64,000 nt of DNA, from the NCBI GenBank assembly GCA_010356995.1, contig ML996706.1, forward strand, positions 377,789-441,788, given 5' to 3'. The number at the start of each line of letters is the position of its first letter. Positions within the stretch are counted from its first letter, which is position 1. Both the position numbers and the translations under genes were made by a program. Under the pieces are notes generated by a model. That model ran no database searches. It saw only the letters and a list, made by a program, of their open reading frames with translations, and was not told the origin of the DNA. This stretch comes from Trichodelitschia bisporula (Eukaryota). Positions 1 through 12,856 of the stretch are shown piece after piece.

Positions 1-158
1 TTCTCGACTTCTTAAGTCATGGCATGATCGTTCTGGTCGCCGCGAATACTCTTTTCCCCGAGCATATTCATCGTTGGATTTAGTTCTTTGAAATGCAGGC
101 ATTTCTGGCTGTCAACATGCCCTTGGGTATGCGCCAGTGAGTACCGGTGCTATCTGCA

Positions 159-3100
159 ATGTTCGATTCTCTCTTGCGCCTCTCAAGGGCTCGCCGACGT
201 GCAGAAAAAGCTCGTCAGTCCTCGACAGATCGTGACAGGCGGCGTGCGCGTGTTGAATCCACGTCTTCTAGCAACAATGGCTTTTACCGGTCTGCGTCCG
301 AGGGGCCAGCGCGACGAGTCGGAGATGTCGAGGCATCTCTGCTGCTGCCCATATTCTCAGCGCCTCATCTTGGTATGCCTTTATCTAGAGAATCAGAGTG
401 CTTACGGTTACTGATAAGTTCCCTAGATCGAATTCCTGTTTACAATCTCCAACACCGTATCCGTATGTTGGTGATGCAAAGGGCGGAGACCACATTGTCT
501 TGGGACCAGCTCCGCTCGCCGCAAGTTTCACAGTTCTTGGTGAAGCCCATACACAGACAGATTCAGGACTCGAATCCACCGCGCGGCACGCTCTACGCAC
601 TGTTGGCCAACTGCCTGCAATTCCAGAAGGACGGCGAAATGAACCCGGGTAACATCGGTGTTTGTCGCACAAGGGCAATGATATGCGAGCTTTTGGCGAT
701 GCGAATGCTCAAGGAGCTAGACACTCAAGAGGTTCGTTTCGCTTCATTTCGCTTCCCGCATCCGCTAACCGCATTCAGAGGATCGATGCCCTGTTTTACG
801 ACTTCGACCCTCTACAGGGCATGACCGGCTACAAGTCAGGCACGACCACGCCGGTTTTTGGGAAGCAGAGGGCGCGTATGCGAATATCAGCCGTCGAAAT
901 TGCAATCCGAGCACAGGCCAAACGCTTTCTCGCACATCCCCTTGTCGTCGCACAACTCGAGGCTATTTGGGCGGGAACAATTGTGTTCAATTCCGTGGCA
1001 GATACACTCCACCGCCGGCCAGTTGCCAAAAGGAGACACCGGAACATGCCATACGGTACTTTTGATGATTCCCACCCATCGTCACGTACCAGAGGACCCC
1101 CTGCTGAGATCTCATCTAGACGGTCGGTAACTCTTTACGATCCATCTGAAGCTTCATTCTTCAAGCTGTCGCGCCTACGTGTACCTCGGTATCGCCAGAT
1201 CTTTTCAACCTTGTCTTTCGGTGTGATGCTCGGCCTATTCCTAGCGGTTCTTGCGGAGAGATCTCTCGACATCACGGGACTCGAATTGATCTTCTGGTTC
1301 TGGAGCGCCGGCTACATGATGGACGAGATTGTCGGCTTTTCCGAGCAGGGCTTCAGTCTCTACATCATGAGTGTCTGGAACGCCTTTGACATCGGCATTC
1401 TCCTTCTATTTGTGGCCTATTATGTCCTCCGACTCTACAGCATCTTGATTCCGGACGGGAGGAGGGTCCGCTTGACGGCAATGGCTTATGATGTGCTGGC
1501 CTCAACTGCTGTGCTGCTTGTGCCGCGCCTATTCTCTGCGCTGGATCACTACCAGTACTTCAGTCAGCTTCTGATAGCATTCCGGATGATGGCCGTCGAT
1601 CTGGCTGCCATCCTATTGTTGATCGGGATAAGTTGTAGTGGCTTCTTCGTCGCCTTCACAATGTCCTTTTCCTTTTCCGACAGCATCACCGCCTCGAATG
1701 TGGCATATGCCCTCTTCCAGATCCTGATGGGATTCACGCCGGCTGCGTGGGAAATGTGGCCGAACTACAACTTCCTGGGCAAAGCTATCCTGACTCTGTT
1801 CCTCATCATCTGCCATTTCCTCATCGTCACCATCCTCATCACGGTGCTGACCAACTCTTTTACGGCTGTGGCGGTCAATGCGAACGATGAGCATCAGTTC
1901 CTATTTGCTGTCAATACCATTTCGATGGTGAAGAGCGAGGCCCTTTTTTCCTATATACCGCCGACCAATATCCTGGGTTGGATCCTATCGCCACTCCGGT
2001 TCATCATCCCCTTCCGGAGGTTTGTTTGGGTCAACAGAACTTTGATCAAACTTACCCATATACCTATCTTGTTTAGCATTTGCGCGTATGAGCGCCTAAT
2101 ACTTTCCTCTCATGTATACGAGCCCGATGTGGCAGAAACGCGCGGCAGAAACCCAAACCGCGTCCCCGCCTTCACACTGCGCGGGTCCCGGGACCTCTTT
2201 TCTCCTGGAATGCAGCTCCGCGAGCCGTCAGTGACGGCGTATAAAAAGGACCGTGCGTTAGAGGCCGTCTTCCAGCGCCCCCCTTTGAATACTTCACCAC
2301 CTCCACGACCATCTCCTGGACCCCCCACTCCCATCAAATCACAAAATCTCAACCAAAGCTATCAACAATCGAGCATCGACGCCTGGATAGCCGGAATACC
2401 ACCAAGAAGTGCGTATAGTATTTCGTATAATTTCTCTAGTTGTTTATTAATCAATAAACAGCGAAGCGCCCAGCCCTCAAACGCTCTGAAATGGCGCCGC
2501 CGAAGGAGCATCAGCGCGCATTCGTCTCGGATCCGGAGCACCCACAGGTAACCCCTGTTGGGCCCTCTGCAGGCGGTCCTCCGTCGCACGATGGGGATGA
2601 CGAGCTGGCAACCGCGAACTCGAGCGTCGACGCTAATAGCGCCGCCTCGAGCTTCGTCGGCGGCCCACCTCAGACTCCCCGTGCGCATCAGCGTACTACG
2701 TCGACTGGGACTGTCCGACCGGCCACGGGTGGTCTGCGCAACGCGATGTCGGCCGGCGTTACGCCGCGTCCTCGTCGTCACGCAGAGCCGATTAGTATCC
2801 CGGACCTCTTGCGCGCTCGCCATCAACCGGCGTCGCGTATGTCTGGACCCCGCTCAGCGCGCACCCGTGTGCTCGGATCCTCTGCCCGCATCAATCGCCC
2901 CACGGCAGCATCTCGCGCCCCAGCGTCCCGCAACCTGGAGCGTGCCTTCCTCAATCCGCGTCCGCAGCCGGTGTCTTACCACACGGCTCCTATTCCGCCT
3001 CCCCGCTCGGTCGGCTCTCGCGATGGGCTGTTTGCGCGCACCTACAACATCGGGTCAGACATCGGCGATAATAGGGCTGCTCCGACTGGTGGAGTGCCGG

Positions 3101-3591
3101 CTTCGTTCGGGGACAACACTCTGCCAGCTCGGTCCAATACATTCTCGGCTGCGACGCGCCATTTCGCCCAGGAGACCCTCCGCTTGCGCCAGGATGAGGA
3201 GGAGTTCGAACGCAACAATCTTCTTGCTCATTCCGGCAATGAGGACATGGACCTCGACATCCCCGAGGATGTTCGAACGGCTGATGACGCTGAGGCCATG
3301 CGGCTCCAAGTGGGGGACGTCATGGACACTCTTGAGGGCATGCAAGCTCAGATGGCTGGCCTCCAGCGCCAAATGGCTGCTATTTCGCGCAAGATGGCGA
3401 CGGTCACCCAGCCAAAGGTTCGGAAGCTCAAGCTTCCCGGTCTGGATTCCGCCAAAGCGCGCTCAGGCCCGATGTCTCTTGAAGACTGCCAGTCCATCTT
3501 CGACCAGGAGCGGTCCAAGCACAACAAGGACAACGACGACATGGGCGGCGGCGGCGGCGGCGACAACGCCATCAACGATATGGCGCACTAG
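159..3591 (+). CDS. TRP-like / Yvc1-family non-selective cation channel with long low-complexity C-terminal tail (3 exons)
   Basis: ORFs 147-824, 662-2551 and 2491-3591 join in frame via introns 732-778 (GTTCGT..GCTAAC..CAG) and 2409-2461. Motifs ALLANCLQF, RAMICELLAMR, SAVEIAIRAQAKRFLAHPLVV, RLRVPRY, several TM helices, ILITVLTNSF. Confidence 0.85.
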
Positions 3592-4582
3592 ATGGCATTG
3601 CGGCCCGGCCCACGCGGCAAACATCCTCTACTACCACCACACCAACCAATGTTCTGTACCGGGCTGCTTTTCCTTCTTTCGAACAAGGGCTACCACGGCG
3701 GCCTGCAGCGGATGTGTGAATTTTCGGCGGGCGTTAGGGCGAATGGGGGGGTATCAGGGTATCGGGTTACTACGAGACAATGGAAGCGCTTCAAACGTTC
3801 GCGTGGGTGCCTTGCGATGTGCTTGTTGTGGCTAACTACAGTTCGTGATGTTAATGATGGTCTTCCACCTTGTCTCCAACCGCCTCAAGAGAACTATTTA
3901 CACTGCCTGTTCCCTTAGTCCTCCTTTCTGGTTCCCCTCCTCCCCCTTCACACTCGATCATCATTTTCGTGACAGCCTCGCCCCACCTTCCTCATCCGTC
4001 CGCCAAGTGAAGTCACGCTTCCCACCAATCCCTAACGAAAACGAACCCGCCAAGCGTCCCCCCTGTCGATGACACCAAACCTTAAACATCCATATCCCCA
4101 CGACAGGCCAAGTGATGACAACTGACCGTGATATTATGCGGGCCTTTTTCGCCTTCCCTGGGCAGCGCAGGGCTACGTGCGGAGAAATTTGACTTCATCT
4201 ACCGGCTTGTGTGCCGAGCGGTTGGAAGGGTGATTGGTCCACGATGAAGTACACCTACTCGAGCAGCACTGGAGGCGGATAGAAGAGGGTTGTGGGGATG
4301 CTGTGCTTTTGGTAGGAGACATGATGGGACCATCCCGAAGAATGATGATGATCTCGGCCGTAGGCTGTACGATGTGGTTGTAGGCCGGCAAAGTGGTACG
4401 TCGCCTCGTTCACGCAGGGTCCACCATCGGATACTGACCGTCCCCAGATTACTATATTGCAATGTCATATGGCTCTGCGCTACGTGCCAAATATAACCAC
4501 CGTACAAAAACTTCCGGCGTCCACCTCACTGTGCCACCTGCAGGACGACCTCTTTCACGGCTCAAGTCCCTCCACCACCGCC

Positions 4583-5704
4583 ATGATTCCCCGCAGCCTC
4601 CTAGCATGGCTGCTTCCAGTCCTTACCATCCTCCTCCTCACACTCACTTCCCCGGCGGCAGCCCGCAACTTCACCAATCCCCTCCTCCGGCACGACGGCA
4701 GCGACCCTTTCATCACCCTGCACGCCGGGTACTACTACCTGACCACGACAACATGGAAAGACGTGCAAATCAGCCGCGCGCGCACGCTGGCCGGGCTCAA
4801 GTCCTCGCCCGAGCGCAAGGTTGTCTGGAAGGACAGCAATAAGAACCGGTGCTGCAACGTGTGGGCGCCAGGTTTGTCCCTCCCTTCCCGGGCAAGTGGA
4901 CATGCTAACGCTGCGCAGAGATCCACCAGATCGACGGCACGTGGTACGTGTACTACACCGCCGGCGCAGAGAAGGACCTCGGTTTGCAGCGGCCATACGT
5001 CCTACGCGGCGGCGCCTCGCCATGGGACAGCTACACCTTCCTCGGGCAACTGAGCAACGAGTGGGGGATTGATGGGACAGTCTCAACCATCGGCCGGTCG
5101 CGGTATTTCCTGTGGTCCTGCCAGCGCGGCGGGTTGCAGTCCATATGTATAGCCCCGCTACTCTCCCCGTCCCGGATCGGGGCTGTGAAACTCATTTCAC
5201 AGCCTACCAGGGCGTGGGAGAAGGCTGAGGGGAAATTGGCGGTGAATGAGGGGCCTGCGGTGTTTACGCCGCCTGGTGGTGGGCGCGTGTTCGTTACATT
5301 CTCCGCGAGTTATTGCTGGACTCCGTCTTACTCCTTGGGCCTGCTGACGCTCCGTGACGGGGGCGATCCGCTTGACGCGAAGGCGTGGACGAAGAGCGGT
5401 CCCGTTTTCAAGAGTGCGAATGGGAATTGGGGGCCGGGGCATAATGGGTGAGTTGTGGCTGGTTTTGCGTTCTGTGTGCAAGGCTAATTGGTAAAGGTTC
5501 TTTCCTAGTCCCGACGGGACGGAGGTCTGGAATGTGTACCACGCGACGACAGCGCAGAAGGGCGCGTGTGATGGGAATCGATATACGGCTGCGCAGGTTG
5601 TTAGATGGACCAGGGATGGGATGCCGGATTTTGGCGCCCCCGCCGCGTTGAGTACGGTGCTTAAGGGGCCGAGCGGGGAGGGTGGTCCTCTAAGCCCGGA
5701 GTGA
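4583..5704 (+). CDS. Secreted glycoside hydrolase family 43 (arabinofuranosidase/xylosidase-like), 3 exons
   Basis: Signal peptide MIPRSLLAWLLPVLTILLL. Motifs GSDPF, WAPE (split by intron 4872-4918), WGIDG, VNEGP, SASYCW, GPGHNG. Second intron 5448-5496; stop TGA 5702-5704. Confidence 0.92.
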
Positions 5705-7252
5705 GGAGAACGGTTTGAAGTTGGCGGAGACTGTATATACGCTTACCCGAACCGAATCCTGCCAGTCGAGCTTTTCTAACGCTGATGTCGGCAACTCTGA
5801 AGTCTCCGGAACACGAACTGAGTGAAGAGAAATAATTGAGCTAGGAAAGGTTGAAGTTACGGCTAAGCCTGGTCTCTCACGCACCTGTACATGAAGCTGA
5901 CAGAACGCAAAGTGGCCCGTACTCGGCTCGAATCGTCTGAAAGATATTTCAATGCGGATGAGAGACCCGTCGGCCATCGGAATTGACGGACAATCGCATA
6001 TCGGCTGCAATCACCCGAAGCGATTTTCACCTGCCCGTCGGCCAAAAGCGAGCTCCCTCATCCTTCCACCTCCATGAGGCCTTCAAGATCTATCCAGCCC
6101 CTGCCCACACATGTGGCTGATGATTAGATCCCAATCTCCCATGGCCTCATATCTGCATACCGATCCACCGCCCTCTCGCCCCCACCCTCACCCCGCAAAG
6201 CCGAGTAACCTCCCTGCTATCAACAACGCGCAATGAGGCCCGCCGGCGCCCTTTCACTCCAAATCCACACAGGAACCAATACCATGCATTCTTCTAGCCG
6301 ATCTTTCAATCCGTCACGCCTCCAATAGAAACCGCGGATCCCTTTCTAGAAAAATTCTGCACCATCCACTCACAGCACTGCCTTCATACCGTAAATCCCT
6401 ATCAGGCGATTCTCCATCCCACTTGCGGAGAGCACGGCCTTCTCGGAGTGTGGGGTGCAGATGGCGAGGGAGGGAGGATGGGACTAGTGTAGCTCCCGCG
6501 ATAGCAGCGCGCCGAACCGCTACCGACGCCCGGAAATAAAGCCGCCTGATTATCGGCACGCGGGAGATAAGATGGCCTCCGCATCGGGACCCAATAGTCG
6601 CACTGCTCTCTCAAATGCCACTCAAAACGCCGCCCAACGCGTCTAAACGAACAAAACGCCGCCAACCTGCCATGCCCATTGTCTTTCGTCCACCGTTCGC
6701 TGTCAAACCCATCACCCGTCAAACCATTTCCCGGGGTAAGCAGGAACAGTACGGTATACCCCACGGAACCCGCTCCGCCGGGTCTGCAACCGCGGCGACA
6801 GGCGCGTTCCTGAAGGCGGATTGTGGCGCGGAACTTGCTTTTGGCGCCACCGGCGCGGCGTTGTGGCGCGGCATCCCGCGCAGGGCCTGGGTGGGGGTTG
6901 GAAGGAATTGCCGGGTGGGAGAGGAGAGAGACTTTGGTGAATAGCATGAGAGTGGGGTGGGATTGGAGGGATGGAGATGAGATGCATGAACTGCCGCAAG
7001 GGCCGAATGGGTTGCTGGGCGGGCCTAGGGGGAAGAATTTGCGGCGTATAATGGGAATGGTGGTAAATGTCGCTTTTCGGAAAGAAGGTAGCTAAGCTCT
7101 GAGGATTACGCGCATACGGAGGTATTGTGCAATTCTTCACCTCAGCCTTCGGCATAGGCACTCCCATGCCGACCCTAAGACATTCGGCATCCCGCACCCG
7201 ACCGCTTCCGACCCAGCATCGTCAGCGTCGTCCCCCCCTGCCGGCACCGACC

Positions 7253-8305
7253 CTAACTCGGCATCTCATGCCTCACAACTGGGACATACATCTCCGCCGG
7301 CTTCTCCGGAACCGGCATCTCATACTTCAGCGGCGCCCCTGCCGCATCCATCTCCACCAGCCCTACACACATTAGCCCTCGTCACAACAACACACCAGAG
7401 CAGCACTCACCCTTCACCCCACGCTCCCGTCTCCGCCTCCGATGTGCCATAACAACGAACAAAAGCGTCGTCAGTGCCACAATCGCCAGTGCTCCAACCA
7501 CGATCCCCGCAATCGCGCCCCCGCTCATACCCTCCTTCTTCTGCTGGCCCTCGGTGGCCGGACTTGTCGGACCGATCCCCGCTGTGGCCATATGCTCGGT
7601 AACCGTGCGTGTCGACGACCGGGAGCCGGTTTTAGCCACCACCAGCGTCTCGCCGTCCGCGCCTGTGGTTGTCTCCTCCGCCGTTGCCGTTGTGCTAGCC
7701 TTCGCACTAGCCCTCGTGCTCGCACTGCTCGTCGATGTCGTCTCGTCCTCACTAACCCCCCTTGCACTCAGCGTCGCAAACGGCGTCGGATCAGCAGACT
7801 GCGTCGTCACCGTAATTTGCGCAAGAGCCGTGACACCCAGCGCCTTCATCTCCGCCGCATTGGCTTCAGCGATAGGCTGGTTCTTCGTCGGGGGCGCGAA
7901 CAGCGAGATGCAGACATTTATCGCGCTCGAGCGGACACAATCCTCGTCGACGCGACAACACCACGAGTTTGTGTTTGCAACGCATAACCGTTGCCCATCT
8001 CCCGCTTTGGCAGTACCGCCACGACATGTCTCTGCGAAGGTCCAGCAATCCCTATGCACGCATCAGCATCCGGCCCGCGGTACTGAGGGAGCGACCTACG
8101 GGTCCGGCGCCGGACATCCGTACACCCGGTCATTTTGCCGGTTATACGCGCACACGCCGCCGCGGTCGGTGTTGTTTGCCGCGCTGAAGCGCACGCCCTT
8201 GTAGTTGCACAGGTCTCTGGCGGGTGAGATGAAGAAGTCGACGATGTAGGCCGCTGTTCCGGGGACGAGGAGCAGGCCGGTGGGGAGGAGGGTGAGGGGA
8301 CGCAT
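7253..8305 (-). CDS. Single-pass cell-surface protein: signal peptide, Cys-rich ectodomain, Ser/Thr stalk, TM helix, short tail (Mid2/Wsc-like architecture)
   Basis: Starts MRPLTLLPTGLLLV. Intron 8099-8052 joins to DCWTFAETC..WCC..C..C, then an S/T-rich stalk and GMSGGAIAGIVVGALAIVAL TM followed by RRRRR. Intron from 7410 leads to LVEMDA..YEMP..EMPS*. Confidence 0.8.
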
Positions 8306-8334
8306 GGTGGCACGAGGCCAGCGTGTATGGCGAG

Positions 8335-8534
8335 TTGTCGACTTTGTGAGAGATGTGCTTGTCGACTTTGTGAGAGATGTGCTTGTCGACTTTGTGAGAG
8401 ATGTGCTTGTCGACTTTGTGAGAGATGCGCTTGTCGTGTCCGTGAGAGATGCGCTTGTCGTCTTCGTGAGATATGTGCTTGTCGTCTTCGTGAGAGATCC
8501 GCTTGTCCTCTTCGTGAGAGACGTGCTGTCGTCT
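8335..8534. repeat. 24-nt minisatellite, 8 full copies plus a partial copy (consensus TTGTCGACTTTGTGAGAGATGTGC)
   Basis: Units start at 8335, 8359, 8383, 8407, 8431, 8455, 8479 and 8503. The first three are identical and later ones diverge. Confidence 0.97.
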
Positions 8535-8947
8535 AGTTAGTCCTAGCTACGTTCGCCACACAGGTGTTGATGTCGAGAACAATGATGCTGAACAAGTATC
8601 ACAGAAACCGTCGTGAAGGCATCGGAGGCTCAAATCCTCCCCCCCCCTTACCGTCCATAGCAATCCTCTCACTGCCCCCTCAAGGCGCACAGCCGTGCCA
8701 CTGTGCGAGCGCGATGCCGAGCGGAGCTACACCGCTAGCCCATTGGCGCCGGCGTTCTGCCCAGGTCTCCAGCCTTTGGGCGCTTACCTGCCCCGTGCCG
8801 CTGAATGATGGTTGGATGCGCGGGTGCATGGTGCATGGGGTGTCTAATATTCGCATGGTGTATCCTCAGGGACGCGGTCCGGGGAGGGGGGAGTTTCATA
8901 GGACGGAGAGGCGCGTTTGTGCGACTCCACGCCGTTGAGAATAGTTT

Positions 8948-8955
8948 TGACGTCA
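8948..8955. promoter_or_regulatory. Perfect CRE (ATF/CREB bZIP) palindrome TGACGTCA upstream of the minus-strand surface-protein gene
   Basis: Exact match in intergenic DNA; function untested. Confidence 0.3.
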
Positions 8956-9568
8956 ACATCCGAACTTTGTGCAACTTTGAAAAGCGATTGATGTTGACTT
9001 GACATCAAAGGTTCGTATGAACGCAGGACGCGAGCCTCGATGAAGCACGCCCAGGTCAGGCCTTCTCCGGGAACCGGACCCAGCAAACCCCGCAATCTCC
9101 CCTCCCTGACCGATCTAACCGTTCTCGATACTGGTGGACGACGTTCGGTCCGATCGCTCACTTGGCTGGCTTGGATCGTGAGCTTACGGCGCATATTCAC
9201 GGTACATCGCTCCGCTTCAAATCTCATTGGTAGTTTGGGAGTGGTTGGCGAAGAGATATCAAGATAACATCATGTCAAGTTTGGCAGAGGCCCTTGTCGC
9301 CTCGCGATTACCCGGTCCAGCATCTCCTACGTGCCCGTTCTATCATCTGCCTAACCATGAAGGAAAGTCTCTGTCGAGAGTCTAGTGATCGCACCAAGGA
9401 AACAAAAGACAGTCGCTAAAGAGAGTCGAGCGCCGTCCCAAACCTGAACTACACACTTCCAGAAGATAAAGCCCGAGAAGAGAATACAGACCCCCAAAGC
9501 ATCCAGATCCCGCCCCAAGAAAACTCGTTATGCATGCCGTGACCGTCTACGCCGTGCGAATGATACAA

Positions 9569-12500
9569 TTACATGATCCCCTTCAAACCACGGAAACCGC
9601 CCGTCTTGGTCGACTTCTCCTTTTTATCCTTTTCCTTCGAGGCCTTCTTAACGTTTTGCACGCCGCCTGCAAGCACATTAGCAACAGTCCAGCATACGAG
9701 ATGAGAAGCACCAACCTCGTCCATAAACCCTAACCTCCGACCCCGGTGGCTTCGGCTTCGAATCATCAAAGCTCATCCCAGTCTTCACAGTAGACAACGA
9801 CTCTGTCGTATTCGCCTGGAAGTCATGCGCAAAGCCGCGCTCATACACCGTCGCCACCTGCGGCTCAAACGGCGTCGGGCTCATCGCGCGAGCCGGCTGC
9901 TGGCGGAAATTCGACAGCGACTCGAAGCGCGTCGGCTGGCCCGGGAACATGCTCGACGCGCCGCCGGCCGACGACGAGTACTTCTCGCCCTCGTACATCG
10001 TGTCCTCAGGCGGGGCCGGATCAGAAAACGCGTGTGGCCGGCGCGCGCTGGATGTTTGTCTCCGCACGCCCGAGTCTCGCGCACTGATCTCGCGCCCGAC
10101 TCTGAGCTTCGTTGGGTCATCGGCGTATTGCGTCAGACTGAGCACACTGCTGGAGCGGTTCTGGCTGATACCCCGCCCGGATTCGAAGTCCTGTAGTTTG
10201 AGCTCGAGTTCCGTGTACTTGTGCAGCAGGCGTGTGTAGTTCTTCTTCATCTGCGCCAGCTTGGCCTGGTTGGATGCAAGTGCCGAGTCAATCATTTGCT
10301 GCATGGAGCCCGAAACCTGTGGCTGGGCCTGCTGCGCGGCGCGCAGGCGTGATTCGAGGGTGACGATTTTCTGGTCATAAGTCTTCCGCAGACGGTCCAG
10401 CTCAGCGTCGCGGCTGTGCAAGTTCACACGCGCGTCTTCGAGCTCATTTTGTAGGATCTCGTGGTCCTCCTTCGTGCGGTCGGCGTCGAGATCGCGCAGC
10501 TCGTAGGCTCGGAGCTTTTCCTCAGCTTCTTGAAGGCGTCGGCGCAGAGACTCCATCTCTTGCAGGTCGAGCGTCAGCGTTCCCAGCTGGTCGCGTGAAT
10601 CGTGTTCCCTGATTTCGCTGTCGATCACAAGTTGCTTCAGCTGCTCGAACTCCACTTTATATCGCTCCAGTTCGCTGCGCAGAGCTTGAGATTCGGCGAG
10701 CCATTTCTTCTCCTCTTCCTTGTAGGCCTTGAGCTTCTGGGTGAGCTGCTCTTCGTGCCTCTTGGCCTGGTGCCGGCTGGTTTGCGTTTCCCGCTTGAGC
10801 TGCGTATACAAGTCGTCCGATTTGGCCAGTTTCGCCTTCAGCATGCGGTTCTTGTTGAGCAAGTTCTGAGTCTCCGACTCCACAGTCGCTTCCTTGATGT
10901 GCCGGCGCTGCAGCTGCCCGATCTGAGCGAGATACTGTGCCTTCTGGAAACGCTCGAAGTTCAAGTCGTTCTTCAAGAGCATCACCTCGCGCTGGAGCGC
11001 TGCCGTGCTGAACATCTCATTGACGCCATGTTGAGACAGCGATGTCGGGCTGCGCGAAAGCGAGTGCGCAAATTCCTGTAGACGTGGTGACAGATCCGGA
11101 ATGTCCTGGGGGCTGCTGCCGGGCCGCGAAGGGATCGACACCGGCGCAGGTACCTTGCCGCCGCGCCCTAGTGATTCAATGCGTCCAAGGGTAGGACTGC
11201 CTTCGCGAGGCTTTGAGCTAGGAGACGGGTTTCGGGAAGATCGGGTTGAGCGGGCTCCATGCGGAGACTTGAGTAGTGGTAGCCTGGGTGGGTCGCTGGG
11301 GATACTCGGTGCAGTTAATGCTGTCGACTGGGTGTTACGCCAGCTGCTGCTGACAGACCTCGCGTCCGTTGGAGTTCCCGCATTGACCGTTGTGGCATCG
11401 TCATACGGCGAGAGAAGTGCGTCCGGACGGGAGCTCTTCTTCCGAAGTGGAACCTTGGGGATTTCAGGTAACTTAGCCGTCGGCGGCGGTCCGAGGTCGC
11501 TGAGGACGTTGGTCGTGGTGATGCACAAGCCCAGGCATTCAGAGACTAGGTCCGCCGGATCGCTCTTGATCCAATGCGTGTCGGTGAGCTCGTCTTCTGG
11601 GGTTGTGGTGAAAAAGTTAGGATGTAAGCGGTGCACTACGCGATGGATCTCGGTTCGCGTGCGGATGAGGTTCTGGTCGAGGTCGAGGTCGAGGTCTTCA
11701 GCGCCGGCGAAGTTCTTCATGCGTAGATAACGCCGAGGCTTACGCACAAAGTGCATGAAGTTGAGGGGGAAAAGGCCGTAGAGGAAGGTGAAGAAGTAGT
11801 CGGCCTTGGGCGTGACAGATCGGAGGGTATCGAAGCTGGAGTCGAGAGGCTCCCACATGGTGTCGACGACGAAGGCGCGGAGAGGTCCGCTGTCTGTCGA
11901 CTGATGGGACCCCGGACCGTCGAGAAGGGCTTTCCTCTCGCTCGGTTCTTTGCTGAACTGCTCCCAGCAAAGGATGCGGGCATAGATTAAGAAGAGCTTC
12001 GGTAAACTCTCGACGAGGGAGCTTGTGATGTGAGGGATGAACATGATGAGGATGGTCAGTGCCAGATCGACTACCGTTCCCGATGTGTCGATCAAAAGGC
12101 AGTTGTGCAAGTGCTGCAGTACCGATGTCTCGAGGACAAGATGCAAGTGTGGAGGCTGCAAACGCACGAAGCTACTCAGCAAGGAGAGGGATTGAAGTCT
12201 TCGGTCCTTGTCCACGAGCTGCTCGTCGATGGCGAGCAAGAGTTCCTGACTGGTTAGTGACGGTTAGACCACAAGACACAACGACTAACATTTGGCTTTT
12301 TCTTTCCAAAGGCCACGAGGATGCCTTCCAGCTCCTGCGCGATAAACTCATCTTGAGGCGAGATCATGTCGCCGTCCCGGGTTGGGATATTCGTTCGTGC
12401 AAAGTAGGCTTCCAGTAGTCTGTCGACAAACTGAGCCGACAGTCTCGCCAACTCCCCAGCCGGGTCCTCCTCCGCGTCGAACACCAAGATGCCGAGGAGG

Positions 12501-12856
12501 AATTCGCGCGCATCCTCAATGGTGTCGGTCTTGCTGCCGATGCTGTCGATGGTCGGCCGGATAACCAGCCGCCACCACTCCTCCAGTCGCCTGTCTCCCC
12601 GAATAGCTGGTCGCAGAATGCGGAGGACGCTAACGAAGGGGCCGAATTTGTCGACGGACTCGGCAACCTGCTTGTTGAAGACGGAGAGTAGTTCATCGTG
12701 CAGGCGTTGCGAGTCGTGGTCGTCGATCGTCTGATGCTGGTCGAGGAAGTCCTCAAGGGTCTGTTGGAGTTCTTCCGGGATTGGATATGATATGGAGGAT
12801 GATGTGAAGGCAGTCTGAACCGCCTTGATGGCGTCTCGGAGCGAGCTGCGAGGCAT
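9569..12856 (-). CDS. TSC1: Hamartin / tuberous sclerosis complex subunit 1 (3 exons)
   Basis: Introns 12289-12246 and 9715-9667 join three ORFs in frame. Motifs LQPPHLHLV, FTFLYGLFPLNF, HRLHPNF, LQREVMLLKNDLNFERF, long coiled coil, VYGRGGVQN C-terminus. Confidence 0.93.

Noticed and set aside
4112..4450. RTGATGA C-box-like motifs (also near 33754, 56257, 58174)
   Set aside because: No suitably spaced CTGA D box with terminal stem, and no recognisable rRNA guide.
8335..8534. Array considered as CRISPR-like
   Set aside because: Head-to-tail units with no unique spacers in a eukaryotic context and no cas genes; it is a minisatellite. The plus-strand ORFs (VDFVRDVL)n and (CRLCERCA)n are by-products of the repeat.
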